From the NCBI RefSeq assembly GCF_964194025.1, contig NC_134476.1:16988001-17052000 (forward strand): a stretch of 64,000 nt of DNA, given 5' to 3'. A model generated the notes under the pieces. The model saw only the letters and a program-made list of their open reading frames with translations. It had not been told where the DNA came from and made no database searches. Positions 49,529 through 62,147 of the stretch are shown one piece after another. This DNA comes from Convolutriloba macropyga (taxonomy: Eukaryota). Each line of letters starts with the position of its first letter. The first letter of the stretch is position 1. Made by a program: the position numbers and the translations under genes.

Positions 49529-50289
49529 ACGGTTTACCTTAACTCAATTAAGTCAAGTTGACCTTAATTTTTTTTATTATGTGTCTGTATGCGTTGCAAT
49601 TGGAGGGGTGGGAGAAAACTCACCAATCCTAGAGTTGAGGCTTTGGGTGTTAGTGCTTTCGCCGCAATGTCACGTTGTTTTTCTTTAAATTTTCTCCCTT
49701 TTCGACGATACTGAGGTTGATTTATACCGAACAAAATTAGCGGAAAATAGGTCAGATTGTCATTATATTGAGTTGTTGGAAATCTTGGTTCCACTAATTG
49801 CGCATGATGACCGTCGACGTTTGATTTGTTGGGACCTTTCCTCTGCTTTCGACATTTCCGTTAAGAGTTTTGCTGTTCAACAGGAATATTGTTGGGTGTT
49901 GTTAAAGAGGTTCGATCTTTCAGCTATGCCGTTGATCTGGATTGAAATTTCTTCGGCTGCATGACTGTGGTTGTTGTGGCTTTTATGGAAGAAGACGTAA
50001 TCGCAGTCAACAAGACCCAATGGAGTTGATTGAAGAACTGTAGCTGGCATCATCAGTAACTTTATGATGATGAATTTTCTCAAGATTTCTCAATTTTCAG
50101 CTTTTGTTAGCGTGTTTACTGATTCGTTCTTCATAAGTTTTATCACTAAAAGGCACAGGTATGCTTTGGCGTATTGACAAAGAGGTCTTTTTGTTCCGCT
50201 TTAGTGCCAAATTTCGATAAGATTGTTTTTCTTTCCTTAAAACCTGTTCTTCTAGTTTCCAGTATTTTCGAAGTTAAATGCCCCAGTTG

Positions 50290-50497
50290 AGATGTCGAAT
50301 TATGAAAAGACCGTGGTCGACCAATATCGGGTATAAAAAGACCGTGGTCGACCAATGTTGGGTATGAAAAGATTTAGGGTCGACCCTAATAGTCTTGGTC
50401 GGCTTTAGGTCGAACCTAATGGTCATGCTCAACTTTAGGTCGACCGATAAGGTCATGAACTACTTTAAGTCGACCGATATGGCACTGGTCGACCTGG
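50290..50497. repeat. ~30-bp GTCGAC-core subterminal array ending in CCTGGG (EnSpm-like terminus)
   Basis: About 7 ggtcgacc-like motifs at ~30-bp spacing, then gacctggg. A second cctggg end lies near 50697. Confidence 0.6.
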
Positions 50498-50968
50498 GGT
50501 TTTAACTGATGCGTTTTTGCATATAATGTTGTTGCAAGTGTTAATGGTTTTTCTTCAGTTGGCAAAAACTTTTGGCCAGGGACAAAATTTCTTTTCTAAA
50601 AAATCTTACTAAGGGAGTCGACCGTGTATTTAACGTAGAGAAACTACCCCAATGTCGACTTTATGAGTCTTTTCATAGTTTCGACCTCTCACCTGGGTTG
50701 GTCCAACAACGATTTATTGAAAGATTTCAATTTAGTGGAAACTGAATAAAAAATTATTTTGACAATAAGGTTTGTATAATCGCTCGTATAAACCGCCACC
50801 AAACTCTGAGAGTCGGCTTTTTCTGTAACTTTTTAGCAAAGAAGAACTTCATGTCCAAAGTAAAGGCTGTCCAAGTTCATCACGATGTAGAATCATTCCT
50901 GATTCGCCCAGTAGACCATTATTTTAACTATGGTTGAAATCCGGCATTGCTTTGCGACTATTTTCCTC

Positions 50969-51118
50969 TGTAAGAGAATGTAGATAAGGATTCAATTACA
51001 TTGTTCTAGGCAGTTTAGTGTGTTAAATTTTTTTATCAGTTTTAAGCTGCGGGAACAACCAACTCGTTTTGGTTGCGATAAGGACAAGTTTTACTTCTGT
51101 CTTGATTGTTGCACGACA
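50969..51118 (-). repeat. 3' LTR of Pao element 2 (150 bp)
   Basis: About 8 substitutions plus indels relative to 61283-61449. Confidence 0.95.
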
Positions 51119-51238
51119 TGCTCCAGGGGAAAAAGGAGGCCAACTAACACATCACAGACGTTTGACCAGATCGTCGAATTGGGTGTAACCCAAGTTGCCT
51201 AGAAAACCGTTTCGAAAAAAGGCCAAGAAAAAATTGGG

Positions 51239-53293
51239 CTAATCAGCCAAAACGCGTGCGAGGGCGGAGACCGGGCGAACGTAGGTGCGGCCAGCCGTTT
51301 TCACCTTCACCACACGGTGTTGTCCATCTCGTCCAGGGTAGACTTCGAGAACACGTCCAATGGGCCAAATTCCACGTGGAGTCATATCTTTCAGAATCCA
51401 AACGATGTCGTTTACTCTGAGTGGTGTTTGGTCACTATCGCTCCATTTGGACCTCTTTAACTGAGTTGGAAGATACTCCTTGACGAGTCGTTTCCAGAAA
51501 TGGTTGACCATTTGCTGAACATTCTTCCAAGACTTGGCGGGTTCATGGCTGTCGAACTTTCCTGGTGGGAGAGAGTTGAATGGTCTGTTGATCAGAAAAT
51601 GGTTTGGCGTGAGAGTGATTTCATTTTCTGGAATGTCAGCGACAATCGTTAGTGGTCTGGAGTTCAATATAGCTTCGGTCTCGACAAAAATTGTCCTGAA
51701 CACATCAAGCGACAGTCTTCTGGAGCCTAGAATGATCAATAGAGTGCGTTTCGCGGTCTGGATCAAGTGCTCCCAAATACCGCCAAATTGAGGTCCATAG
51801 TGAGGATTGAACTTCCAGGTTGTGTTTGTTGCTGCCATTGCTTTGTAGATTTTGTCGTTGTCGAGACGTTTCACAGATCTTTTTAGTTCCTCAGATGCAC
51901 CAATAAATGTCTTGCCATTGTCGCTGAGCATTGTTGTTGGCTGGCATCTGCGACTTACAAAACGTCGATAGGCGTTTAAAAAAGTGTCAGTGTTGAGATC
52001 GGGACAAGCTTCTAGATGGGCACACCTAGTAACCAGGCAAGTGAAGATGAGGCCGTAGTGTTTTTCAATCTGTCCTTTGGCATCTTCTATATAAAAGGGT
52101 CCAAAAAAGTCGACTCCGCTGTTCGCGAAAGGATACTGGGTAGAGTAAGTCGGGAAACGGCAGGCAGGCAGGGGAGCCATGACGGGTTGAATGTTTTGAG
52201 CTGCAAATCGTCTGCAGAGAAAACATCTGTACTTTATGCTCAAAAATGTTTTTCTGAGTTCAATGATGTGGTATCTTTGCTGCACAAAAATTTTCATTGG
52301 CTCTGTTCCTTGGTGAACGCAAATGTTGTGTGCATGCTCTATATAGAGTCTCGCTATCTTGTCTCTTGCGTGCAGTATAATCGGAAATTTCTCGAATTCG
52401 AGGTTATCTGGCGCAAATTGCAATCTTCCGCATGACCGAAGTATTCCATTGTTGTCAAACATTGGGTTGAGCGAACAGATTTTGCACTTTGAATCTATCC
52501 TGGAACCACGTTCCAGGGCTTGGATTGTTGAGAAGAAGAAATTTTGCTGCGACATTTTGATCAGCCGATTTCTTGCAAGAGTGACGTCTTCTGTTATATA
52601 CTGCTGATCTTTAGGCCTTTGCTTTTTGGTCCGAAAGACAAAATTGGAGACTGTTGCTAAAGTCAGGAGCAACTTGTTCCAAGTTGAGAACCGTGTCGTT
52701 TCGATTATTTGCTCCGACAAATTGCGTAAAAATTCATGCGTCGCTAACACATGCTTTGAAGAGTTTTCTGGAGCGGTGAGCCGTCTTGTGGAAAGAAATG
52801 CTGGCGCTGTTAGCCACTTGGCTGGAATTTCGTCTGGATTCAGACCACGAGTCCCGTGGTCAGCTGAATTTTCTTTGTTGGTAACGTGTTTCCATTGGTA
52901 AGCACCAGTTGATGCAAGGATTTCTTTGAGGCGATTCGCAACAAAGGCAGGTTGCTTCTTGGTTGTCGATAACCAATCAAGTACTACTTGACTATCTGTC
53001 CAGATTGTAGAGCGAGTAATGTGAAAAGATGACTCTTTCATGATGGTTGAAAGAAGGCATACTCCGATGACTGCGGCTTCCAACTCTATTTTGGGTATGC
53101 TGATTTGTTTAATTGGGGCAACTTTGCATTTGCCTATTAAGTAACAAATTTCAACATCAGTGCATAAGTTAGGAACTTTTTTCAAGTATGCAACGGCTGC
53201 AACTGCTACAGCTGAGGCGTCGACAAACATATGGATTTCATTTTCACTTTCTGGTGAATGGCAACTCTTATTCAGAGTTCTGTTCAATGTCAC
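51239..53293 (-). CDS. pol: Pao 2 RNase H-integrase portion of pol (open 684-aa frame)
   Basis: FVDAS, IPKIELEAA, WTDSQ, NSADHGTRG, H..CVH..CFLC, GVDFFGP, SDNGKTF, GGIWE, LNSRPLT, WPIGRVLEVYPGRDG..R. Confidence 0.9.
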   Translation of the reverse strand: MTLNRTLNKSCHSPESENEIHMFVDASAVAVAAVAYLKKVPNLCTDVEICYLIGKCKVAPIKQISIPKIELEAAVIGVCLLSTIMKESSFHITRSTIWTDSQVVLDWLSTTKKQPAFVANRLKEILASTGAYQWKHVTNKENSADHGTRGLNPDEIPAKWLTAPAFLSTRRLTAPENSSKHVLATHEFLRNLSEQIIETTRFSTWNKLLLTLATVSNFVFRTKKQRPKDQQYITEDVTLARNRLIKMSQQNFFFSTIQALERGSRIDSKCKICSLNPMFDNNGILRSCGRLQFAPDNLEFEKFPIILHARDKIARLYIEHAHNICVHQGTEPMKIFVQQRYHIIELRKTFLSIKYRCFLCRRFAAQNIQPVMAPLPACRFPTYSTQYPFANSGVDFFGPFYIEDAKGQIEKHYGLIFTCLVTRCAHLEACPDLNTDTFLNAYRRFVSRRCQPTTMLSDNGKTFIGASEELKRSVKRLDNDKIYKAMAATNTTWKFNPHYGPQFGGIWEHLIQTAKRTLLIILGSRRLSLDVFRTIFVETEAILNSRPLTIVADIPENEITLTPNHFLINRPFNSLPPGKFDSHEPAKSWKNVQQMVNHFWKRLVKEYLPTQLKRSKWSDSDQTPLRVNDIVWILKDMTPRGIWPIGRVLEVYPGRDGQHRVVKVKTAGRTYVRPVSALARVLAD

Positions 53294-55750
53294 GTCTGGT
53301 GAAGAAAATTATAAGTCCAAATTCTTTTGAAGTGGTTTAACTACTTGAGGGGCAATTTGTTCGTCCCATTTTTTCCCAAGTTTTCACAGTTCTCGAAGAA
53401 CTATTTTGAAACGGATCGTTGATGCCGACATTACCCCTATTGGGTCGAAGATCGAGGAGACAAGACTAAAGATCTTACGTTGAGTGTATGCTGAGGCATC
53501 TTTTGGGATATTAGTGAGAGGTTTCATAAGAAAGCAGTCTTTCTCAAGATTCCATTTAACACCAAGAACTCTAACAACATCTGTCTGGTTGTCTTTGTCT
53601 TCTGGAGGGATTTGGTTTAGAACTAGAGAGCTGTTTGAAACAAATTTTGTGAGTCGAAATCCATCTGTTTGCAGACAATGTTTTGTTTCAAGAACTGCCT
53701 AACAAGCGTCTTCTTCTGTTGCATGTGATTGGATGTAGTCATCCATGTAAAAGTGCTTGCTGACGGCTTTGAGGTCTTCTGGGAACTGTTGACTTTTCTC
53801 TTTGGCACAATGGTTAAGAACGTATATTGCGCACGAAGGCGAGCAATTTGCTCCAAAGATGAGTCTGGTAAATTGGTACTGTTGTATCTTATTGTCTGCT
53901 AACCAGAGAAGTTGAAGAGCAGGTTGATCAAACAGATGGATGGCGATTTGCATAAACATGCTTTCGATGTCCGCAAGGACCGCCACGGGATGTTCTCGAA
54001 ATCTCATAGGGACAACTAAAAAGTTATTAAGGAGATCTGGTCTGGTAAGAAGGTTTGAATTAAGCGATTGGCCGCGGAATTTTGATGCGGCATTTGCAAC
54101 TCGGCGGACTTTTCCGGGCTTATTGATATTTTCCACAGGATGGTGTGGCAGGTACCAAATTCTGTCTGGATGGGGACCTTGCATTTCCACCGGTTTGACA
54201 TAGTTTTTCTCGAGGTCTGTCAAGAGAGTCTTATTGTATTTTTCTTGCAACGAAGGTTTACGCTGAAGGCGTGTGTTGAGGCTTTGGACTTGGTTCAGTG
54301 CAGAATAGAAGTTGTTTTCCAACTTTATCTCTGATTTCCAGGGCAGTTTGATTTCATATATCTCACCATTGTGATTGATGGAGTTCTTCAAAATATCAAG
54401 AAACTGTTCTTCTGGCTTTGTGTAAACTTGTTCACGGTCCTCCTGAATGCCATCTGCTTCAATACTCCAGAACTGTTGAACAAGTTCGTCAAGTCCGGGT
54501 TCATCTGTTCTGTTTCTTGACACATTGAAAATGAATTTCTTCTGCTGACTTGCGGGCTGTTGAGTGGTGGCTGAGATACAAATCTCATATTCACCAGCGA
54601 GGGTCCAACCAAGTTTAGTTTTCAAGTCAGCAGAAGAAATTCATTTTCAATGTGTCAAGAAACAGAACATATGAACCCGGACTTGACGAACTTGTTCAAC
54701 AGTTCTGGAGTATTGAAGCAGATGGCATTCAGGAGGACCGTGAACAAGTTTACACAAAGCCAGAAGAACAGTTTCTTGATATTTTGAAGAACTCCATCAA
54801 TCACAATGGTGAGATATATGAAATCAAACTGATTGATCGAGTTCTTCAAAATATCAAGAAACTGTTCTTCTGGCTTTGTGTAAACTTGTTCACGGAAACA
54901 GTTCTTCTGGCTTTGTGTAAACTTGTTCACGGAAATCAAAGCAGTTTGATTTCATATATGTCACCATTGTGATTGATGGAGTTCTTCAAAATATCAAGAA
55001 ACTGTTCTTCTGGCTTTGTGTAAATTTGTTCACGGTCCTCCTGAATGCCATCTGCTTCAATACTCCAGAACTGTTGAACAAGTTCGTCAAGTCCGGGTTC
55101 ATCTGTTCTGTTTCTTCACACATTGAAAATGAATTTCTTCTGCTGACTTGCGGGCTGTTGAGTGGTGGCTGAGATACAAATCTCATATTCACCAGCGAGG
55201 GACCAACCAAGTTTAGTTTTCACACCAAACGGTTGATTTTGATTGCCAGGTATAACATGTGTAGGGTAGGTGAATGCGAATGCGTTAACACCGAGGAGGG
55301 CGCCGATTTGCCATCGGCAGTATTTGGGAAATGTATGTGGTGCAAACTGCTAATGGCATCACAAATTTGATTAAGTTCAAAAGTTTTTGCAGCTGCGACG
55401 TTCAGAGACGGGGTGCTGAACGTCCAAGAGAGTTCAAACAATATTTCATTTGACTTACATGGAGTTATTGTGACTGGCTCAACAATCTTTGAGAGGGACA
55501 TGTTGTTCTCTGTATTGAGAAATTGTAGTGGTACTGACTGTTGAGTTTCACGGGGAAGCTCAAGAAAATCAGCTATGGCGTCCAATACAAAGCTGAATTG
55601 GCCACTGGGATCTATGAGGGCGTAGGCATCGAATGCTTTATTCCTCTTGAGGAATGAAACAGGAATAAGCTGCAATTGCTCATACCAATTCTTCGGTGTT
55701 TCTGAGCATTGGTTAATACTGAACGATTGGTTAATTGCATTGCCGTTTAA
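53294..55750 (-). pseudogene. pol: Pao 2 protease/RT region, frameshifted and rearranged
   Basis: YALIDPSG, KLGWTL, YLPHHPV..KPGKVR, ADIESMFMQI, FGANCSP, FYMDD. Confidence 0.9.
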
Positions 55751-58500
55751 ATTACGTCGTTGCACGTTTTGCTGGCTTTGGTTGATGAAAATTTGGCCAT
55801 AACGGCTGTTGGGGGCTTTGTTTGTTTGACTTTTCTGTTGAGAAGATGTATTTGGTGTTTGACTTGAAGCTTTGCTACTAGACGAAGCTGTTGGATTGTT
55901 ACCAGAAAAAACTTCAGTAGAAAAGGCTGTTGCAGGGCGTTCGATTTGCTTGGCGGGATCATGAAGGGTTGTGTGGGGGAATCCACTGCAAACCTGACAT
56001 CGTTTTTGCGATGGGCACGATTGTTTGTGGTGTTTGTTGCTCAAGCAATTTGTACACAAATTGTTTTGGCTAACAAGGTTGTATCAATCACTTGGTGAGC
56101 ACAATTGGTACTCAGGGCATGTGGCAATGCTGTGTTCTTGTTTGAACTTCTTACAAGATCGTTTTGTGCTAAAAATTTTTTTCGGAACGTTTTGTGAAGT
56201 GGATGGTTGTTTTTGCTGAGGCGCAAAGTTCCAATGTTTTCTACTATTTTCCGCTGATGCGTTGTTGACTGAAAATGCGAGGTTGCTATTGTTTGGCTTG
56301 ATTTGCAGTTTGTTCGAGTTGACAAACTTTGAGGCTTGAGAACTGATGGTTCTTTGATTGCTTTCCCGACTCACTTTATCGTAGATTTGAGCTTGGAGCT
56401 CTAACCATTGTTGAAAGTCCACGAGAGTCGGGTCTGAGCTGAGATCGGTAAGACAATGTTCTGTCCATTTCAGAACCAAATGATGTGGTGTTTTCTCTTT
56501 GACTTTCTTAATGAGTGTTGTAGACTGGAGGTCTGCTGTAAAGCCAAGGTATTGGAAGGATTGCACAAGTCTTTTCAAAAATGAGGAAAAGACAATGAAG
56601 CTTTTGTGTTTTGGAAGTTCATTTGCCTGTTTTCGAGCTGGTTAATGAACGTATTCACAATTATCGTACGATCACCGAAATGTCAGATTATTTCATTCAG
56701 TGCTGTCTGATAATAAGATGGATCGCAGGAATAGGCATGAATCAAGTCCTTTGCTTTCCCACTTACAGAATTCTGCAAGTAGGTTATACGATGCGTGTCT
56801 GTAATGGAAGGGTTGTTGTGAATCATCGTGTTGAAGTTATTGATCCACTCGTGAAAGTGGATAGGGTCACCATTGAAATTCTGACTCCTTTCCTTTTTCC
56901 TGTGTTACATTAGGGTTCGAGTATACTGAGCTTACGTGTTGACTGACAGTGGGCAGTAAACTCTGGTAAATTAAAGGCTGGCTTAACTTATTTTGTCCAA
57001 CAGGATTTAGCGGTTGATTAATGCACATTGGGGCATGGATCGTGGAAGTTACTGGAGCTTGAAAGTTCGATGGAGCTTGTGAGCCATGAATAAACTGGTT
57101 GCTACACAACTGACTGGGATGTGTCACACATTGTTTAACTGGGAAAGTGCTGGCAATTCCATATTGACTGTTAACAGGTTGTGGAAATTGCACAGGAGCC
57201 GCAATTCCGTTTGATTGTGGAGCTACCAGGTTTGGCAGAAAATTAGGAGCTGCAGGATTTAAGACGGTATATTGATGCTGTTGTTCTATCGGTGGCACAG
57301 TAATTGGAGGGAAACCTGCGGAATGTTCCCCAGTTTTAGGATTAATACAACGATTGGGTTGTAGGCAATTGTTTTTTGAGACTATTTTATCAGTTCTACT
57401 TGGAAAATGCGAGGTTCTGTTTGCCACTGTGGTTAAGCAGGGGAGTTTTTGCAGATCACAGTTCAACAGTTGACTATCAAGGTATCCACTTGTTCCTATT
57501 TGAATTTGAGAAGGTCCAAAATCCTGTTGCAGATTGGGAAAATTATGGTATAGAGGATTTCTCTTGGCATTTGAATCCTGATTATTGCTTTGATTTGGCA
57601 ACTTTAAATTAAAGGTTTTCTCCGATACCGAGTTTTGGGCAAATAGACCATCTGCCTGTAATTGAATAGTTGGATCTGCCAAATTGAAGGGGTTTGAAAG
57701 TAAGTGATTACCTGAAAGGTTCAAATTTTGGATTGGAGGCAAATGGTTCTGCGAAGTGTCAAAGTTGTCACTCAAGTTGATTTGAGCTGTTTCAATATCG
57801 CAAGACATCTCTATTTACCAGGTTGGAGGCAATTTCGAGTTTCCTTGATCTTGTTGGAGATGTGAATTCTTGGCTGGTATCTTTGTCAAAGCAGGGAAAA
57901 TGATTCGGAGCGTTTGTTTGGTTATTTTTCGATTTTAGAAGACTTTCATGAACTTCCTTTTTAGGATTTCTTTGGTGGGCTTCAAGCACATGCTGAATTT
58001 GAAGTCCTGGTTCATTAGATGTTTGTAGAAACAATGATGGTTGTCTTGGCCGTGGTGGTATTGGGTCGGCTGATTGAAGATGTTACTACTCATCTGCTTT
58101 TCTTCTATATCGCGCTGATGCTGTATTCGTTCCTTGTCGTCACTGGGCGCAGGTGTTGATTGCCGAGAAAGGTTTCTTCTGGTGGAGATCATGCTGACAT
58201 CATCTCTAATTGGACTGGAAGACTGACTGAGCTGGCCATTGTCGTCCAACAGATCGACTCGCAGTTCCAGTTCATTGAGGCGAGTTATTAGTGTGGTTGC
58301 TGTCTCATCACTTCCTCTGAGAGTTTCTTGAGCTCTGTTTCCTGGCCTTTGATTTTGTTGATCATCAAAGACAATGATCGGAAACTCTTTTTCTGCTCCA
58401 CAATTTTCTCAAGGAGATCGAGCAGTTTTTTCATTGACATTTCTGTCGCTTTGAACATATTGATGGCAAACTGACATTCAGCGCTGTTCTGCTTCGACAT
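55750..58500 (-). pseudogene. gag: Pao 2 gag (Q/P/N-rich N-terminus, core, Pao-type zinc knuckles)
   Basis: ATG at 58500. Motifs HSIATCP and CTNCLSNKHHKQSCPSQKRCQVCSGFPHTTLH. Confidence 0.85.
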
Positions 58501-59769
58501 ATTGGTGGCTGCTGCTCTGTTGTAGCTAATTGTTGATGATGTTGGTGAGGAAGCTCGTTACTGAAAGTGAAAACGGCTTTGAGAACCAGAGTGACGCAAA
58601 TTTTTTGATGTAAAAAAGTTGCCCGATGTTTGAATGCTAATAATCCTAGTTTTTTCTTGTTAAAAAGACCAGCGACGCAACAGATTTGTGTGCTAAATCT
58701 AGCCTTTTGCGCTAAAAAAAACTAAAAAGCTTTTCCGAACGTTAGCGCGCTTTAATCTACTCTAGTTCATCAGACCTAAATAATTACTTGTTTTTTGTTG
58801 AATAAACACCAGTTTTGGTTAAATAGCTGGCTTTAACTGTTTTAACTAGTGTGTCTGGCTACTGTGGTTGACAGGAAACTTGTGCTTTGCTACAATTATG
58901 CAGTTGATCCAATATTAGATCAGAACTCAAATAATTGTTACATTAAACTCTTTTTTCTTGAAAATTCAAAACACTCGTCTGTTTCTCTCAAATCGGAAAA
59001 AATTACCAACAAGAAAGCCTATAAAACTAGCCACAAAAATTTTCATTAGCTCCCTGACCCTAACCGAACACTATGATTAATAAATACCTAATAAATAATA
59101 AAAACTTTGAAACCTTTTCTTTTTCTAGGAGTTAATTGTTGTTGTGACGGCCAAAGAAAACAAAATTGTGAAAATGCGATGCGTTTAGGCAACAAGGACT
59201 ACCGAAGGGCTACTGAATGTTAGAAATTTGCAGAGAAGGGTCATATTGTGGAAATCTTTAGAACTCTTTGGTGTATTGTCTTTTTTCGGGTTTTGCAAAA
59301 AAATATTCCGTTTTCTTTAAAACTGTGTGATTTTATATGCTCATTTTCACACTGTCTTCGTTATTTCTAAAATGCCTTGACTGTACTAAACTCTAAAGGC
59401 TCTCTCCGACAGATAAAGTCTGAGATCTGCCTTTCAAAAAAAATGAAAGTAGAAAAAAAGACATCAAATTTTCTGGTGACTACTGGAACCAATTTTCTTC
59501 GAAAACTCCTCTTCTGCTGATGGTAACGTCTGAAACCAATAGGGATAAAGGGACTTCGCCGACAGAAACGTCTGAGACCGAGGACTTCTGCAAAAAGTCA
59601 AGTTTTGGAAGTTTTTTCCAAAAAAAAAAATTAAAATGGTAGTTATTCTGGTCAAATGAATATTTTGATATTTAGTGTGGAGCCTAATGACTTTCTTATT
59701 ACTTTCCCATTCAGTTGAAACTATAAAGGCGACTGACAATGACTTGTTTTAGGGCTTTGTTTAGTGTTT

Positions 59770-60720
59770 TAAACGGCAATTCAAATGAATATGTAATCAG
59801 AAAACTAACTTGTGTTTTTTGAATTTACTGCATTCAAAAAACTTTATCTGACATTTCTCATTTATATGATACTGATTGGATAAATCGATGAAAATTGCTT
59901 TGTTTTTGAATGCAAAACAATTCAGGAGAGTGTTTTTATGGTTTAATCCGCAATTGAAACGGATATGGATTCAGAAAACGAAATTGTGTTTTTAGAATTT
60001 TCTGAATTCAAAAAATTTTTCTGACATTTCTTATTGACATGATACTGATTTGATAAACCGATGGAAATAGCCTTCTGTTTGATTACAAACCACATCAAGA
60101 GAGTGGTTTAATGGTTTATTCCGCAATTGAAACGGATATTTAGTCAGAAAACTATAGTGTGCTTTTTGAATTTTCTGAATGCAAAAAATTTTTTCTGACA
60201 TTTCTTATTTATACGGTACTGATTTCATATATCGATGCAAATAGCTTTCTGCTTGATTAAAAAACCAATTCAAAAGAGTGGTTTAATAGTTTTTTCCGCA
60301 ATTCAAACGGATATGTAGTCAGTAAACTAAATTGTGTTTTTTGAATTTTCTGAATTCAAAAAATATTTTTGTGACATTTCTTATTTATATGATACTGATT
60401 GGATATATCGATGCAAAGAGCCTTCTGTTTGATTACAAACCAATTCAAAAGAGTGGTTTAATGGTTTATTCCGCAATTGAAACGGATATGTAGTCAGAAA
60501 ACTAAATTGTGTTTTTTGAATTTTCTGAATTCAAAAAATTTTTCTGACATTTCTTATTTATATGATACTGGTTGGATATATCGATGCAAATAGCCTTCTG
60601 TTTGATTACAAACCAATTCAAAAGAGTGGTTTAATGGTTTATTCCGCAATTGAAACGGATATGTAGTCTGAAAACTAAATTGTGTTTTTTGAATTTTCCG
60701 AATTCAAAAAAGTTGTTCTG
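59770..60720. repeat. ~174-bp tandem array (about 5.5 units) inside the Pao 2 5' leader
   Basis: Motif ccgcaattgaaacggatat at 59774 (degenerate), 59948, 60121, 60296, 60471 and 60644. Confidence 0.95.
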
Positions 60721-61104
60721 ATTATTGTGTTTTTTTCGCAGATTTTTCATTAAAAGCGAGAAAATTGCCTTTTTTCGCTTTGAAAATAATAAAACTAGTC
60801 AAGGTTTATCAATCGAGATGCTATAGTAACAAAAAAGTTTTTGTGGGACAAATATCAATTTTTTGGAGGCTTTTTGTCAAAAAAAAAGTAGAGATTTTGG
60901 ATGGCTCTAACCCGGGGAACAGGACATCAGAGGTAACGTCTGAGACCTCAGGCGGACTTCTGCTGGTGACGTCTGAAACCAGTAAAAAATTAGAACCTCT
61001 CGTCGGGGTGACGTCTGAAACCCAATTTCCAAAAAAAATCGTCTTTGCTGGGTAACGTCTGTAACCCAATCTTTGCTTCGTCGCTGACAAAAACTGCTTG
61101 TCTT

Positions 61105-61175
61105 TTCTTTTCTGTGTCTTTTCTGTGTCTTTTCGGTGTCTTTTCTGTGTCTTTTCGGTGTCTTTTCTGTGTCTG
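61105..61175. repeat. 11-bp minisatellite (tttctgtgtct / tttcggtgtct) x6
   Basis: Directly visible. Confidence 0.9.
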
Positions 61176-61282
61176 TTTTGTGTTATATGAAACTATTTGC
61201 CAGTAACAGGGGACACCTTCGTCCTCAAAATTGTTTTGGGGGAAGAAGGTTTTGTTCTTTGAACGAGGGGTAAATCATAAAA

Positions 61283-61449
61283 TGTAAGAGAATGTGGATA
61301 AGGATTCAATTACATTGTTCTAGGCAGCTTACTTTGTTAAGTTTTTTATCAGTTTTAGGTTGCGGGAACAACCAACTCGTTTTGGTTGCGATAAGGACAA
61401 AAGTCAATGTTTTTTCAAGTTTTACTTCTGACTTGATTGTTGCACGACA
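61283..61449 (-). repeat. 5' LTR of Pao element 2 (167 bp)
   Basis: Direct repeat of 50969-51118. Confidence 0.95.
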
Positions 61450-62147
61450 TCCTCTACTTTTGGTTCAGCTCGAAAACGGTTTTTTTCTTTGAGCTCATCC
61501 ATCAGCCGATACCGGTATAATATGTTTTCAGATCGAATTATTTGATCATATTTTTTGAACCATTTGTATTAGGTTCCCTGATGCTAACTCAAAAAGAACT
61601 ACTACACTGATTGTTACTCTTTGAAAGGGTGAACTTTTTACTGTTTTATTGTTTACGTTTTCTAGGTTGCTTAATGATTGAATAAGGGAATATTTTTGTA
61701 TTGAATTTGTTTTCCACTTGTTTTCTACACGGAAAGAGTCAATTAATTGCTTGTATTAGTTTTACCACAAAACCTATCGCTCGAGAGATCTCTGATCATA
61801 CTTTGGCGACCTATTAATGCTTTATTATTATTGTGATTGCATAAGATTTTATTGAAATGATCATTTTGAGAACGTGCTGTGCAGATTATCATCATTTTGA
61901 AGCAAAAATATATCTTCAGTTGCAACTTATAAGGGTCCTTGGTATCAGCATGAACGCAATCGCCTATTTTTGTTTTAAGTGTGGCGTTTTTGTACTGAGT
62001 CTGCAATATGAATGTTGGTAAGAATGATCGACAATGCAAAAAATAAACAAGCTAAACAAGTTGACTAGAATTCAACAAAAAATGTGCCACTTGTTTTGTG
62101 ATTAGGATATAGAGGTTGCAGCGATTAGACAGGTAATTGCATTGCCT

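Larger units (their letters stand above)
50969..61449 (-). mobile_element. Full-length BEL/Pao LTR retrotransposon 2 (decayed), TSD TCCTC
   Basis: LTRs 50969-51118 and 61283-61449 (TG..CA). TCCTC at 50964-50968 and 61450-61454. Confidence 0.95.

Noticed and set aside
49564-50083. Possible env-like or accessory ORF next to Pao 1
   Set aside because: It lies outside the TSD-defined element, is stop-ridden, and has no recognisable motif.
51534-54334. Plus-strand ORFs overlapping Pao 2 pol as antisense genes
   Set aside because: Expected shadow ORFs of a coding strand, with no independent features.
59948-60665. CENP-B-box-like motif (ttccgcaattgaaacgga) in the 174-bp monomer
   Set aside because: It shares GAAACGG, but the spacing and core positions do not fit NTTCGNNNNANNCGGGN.
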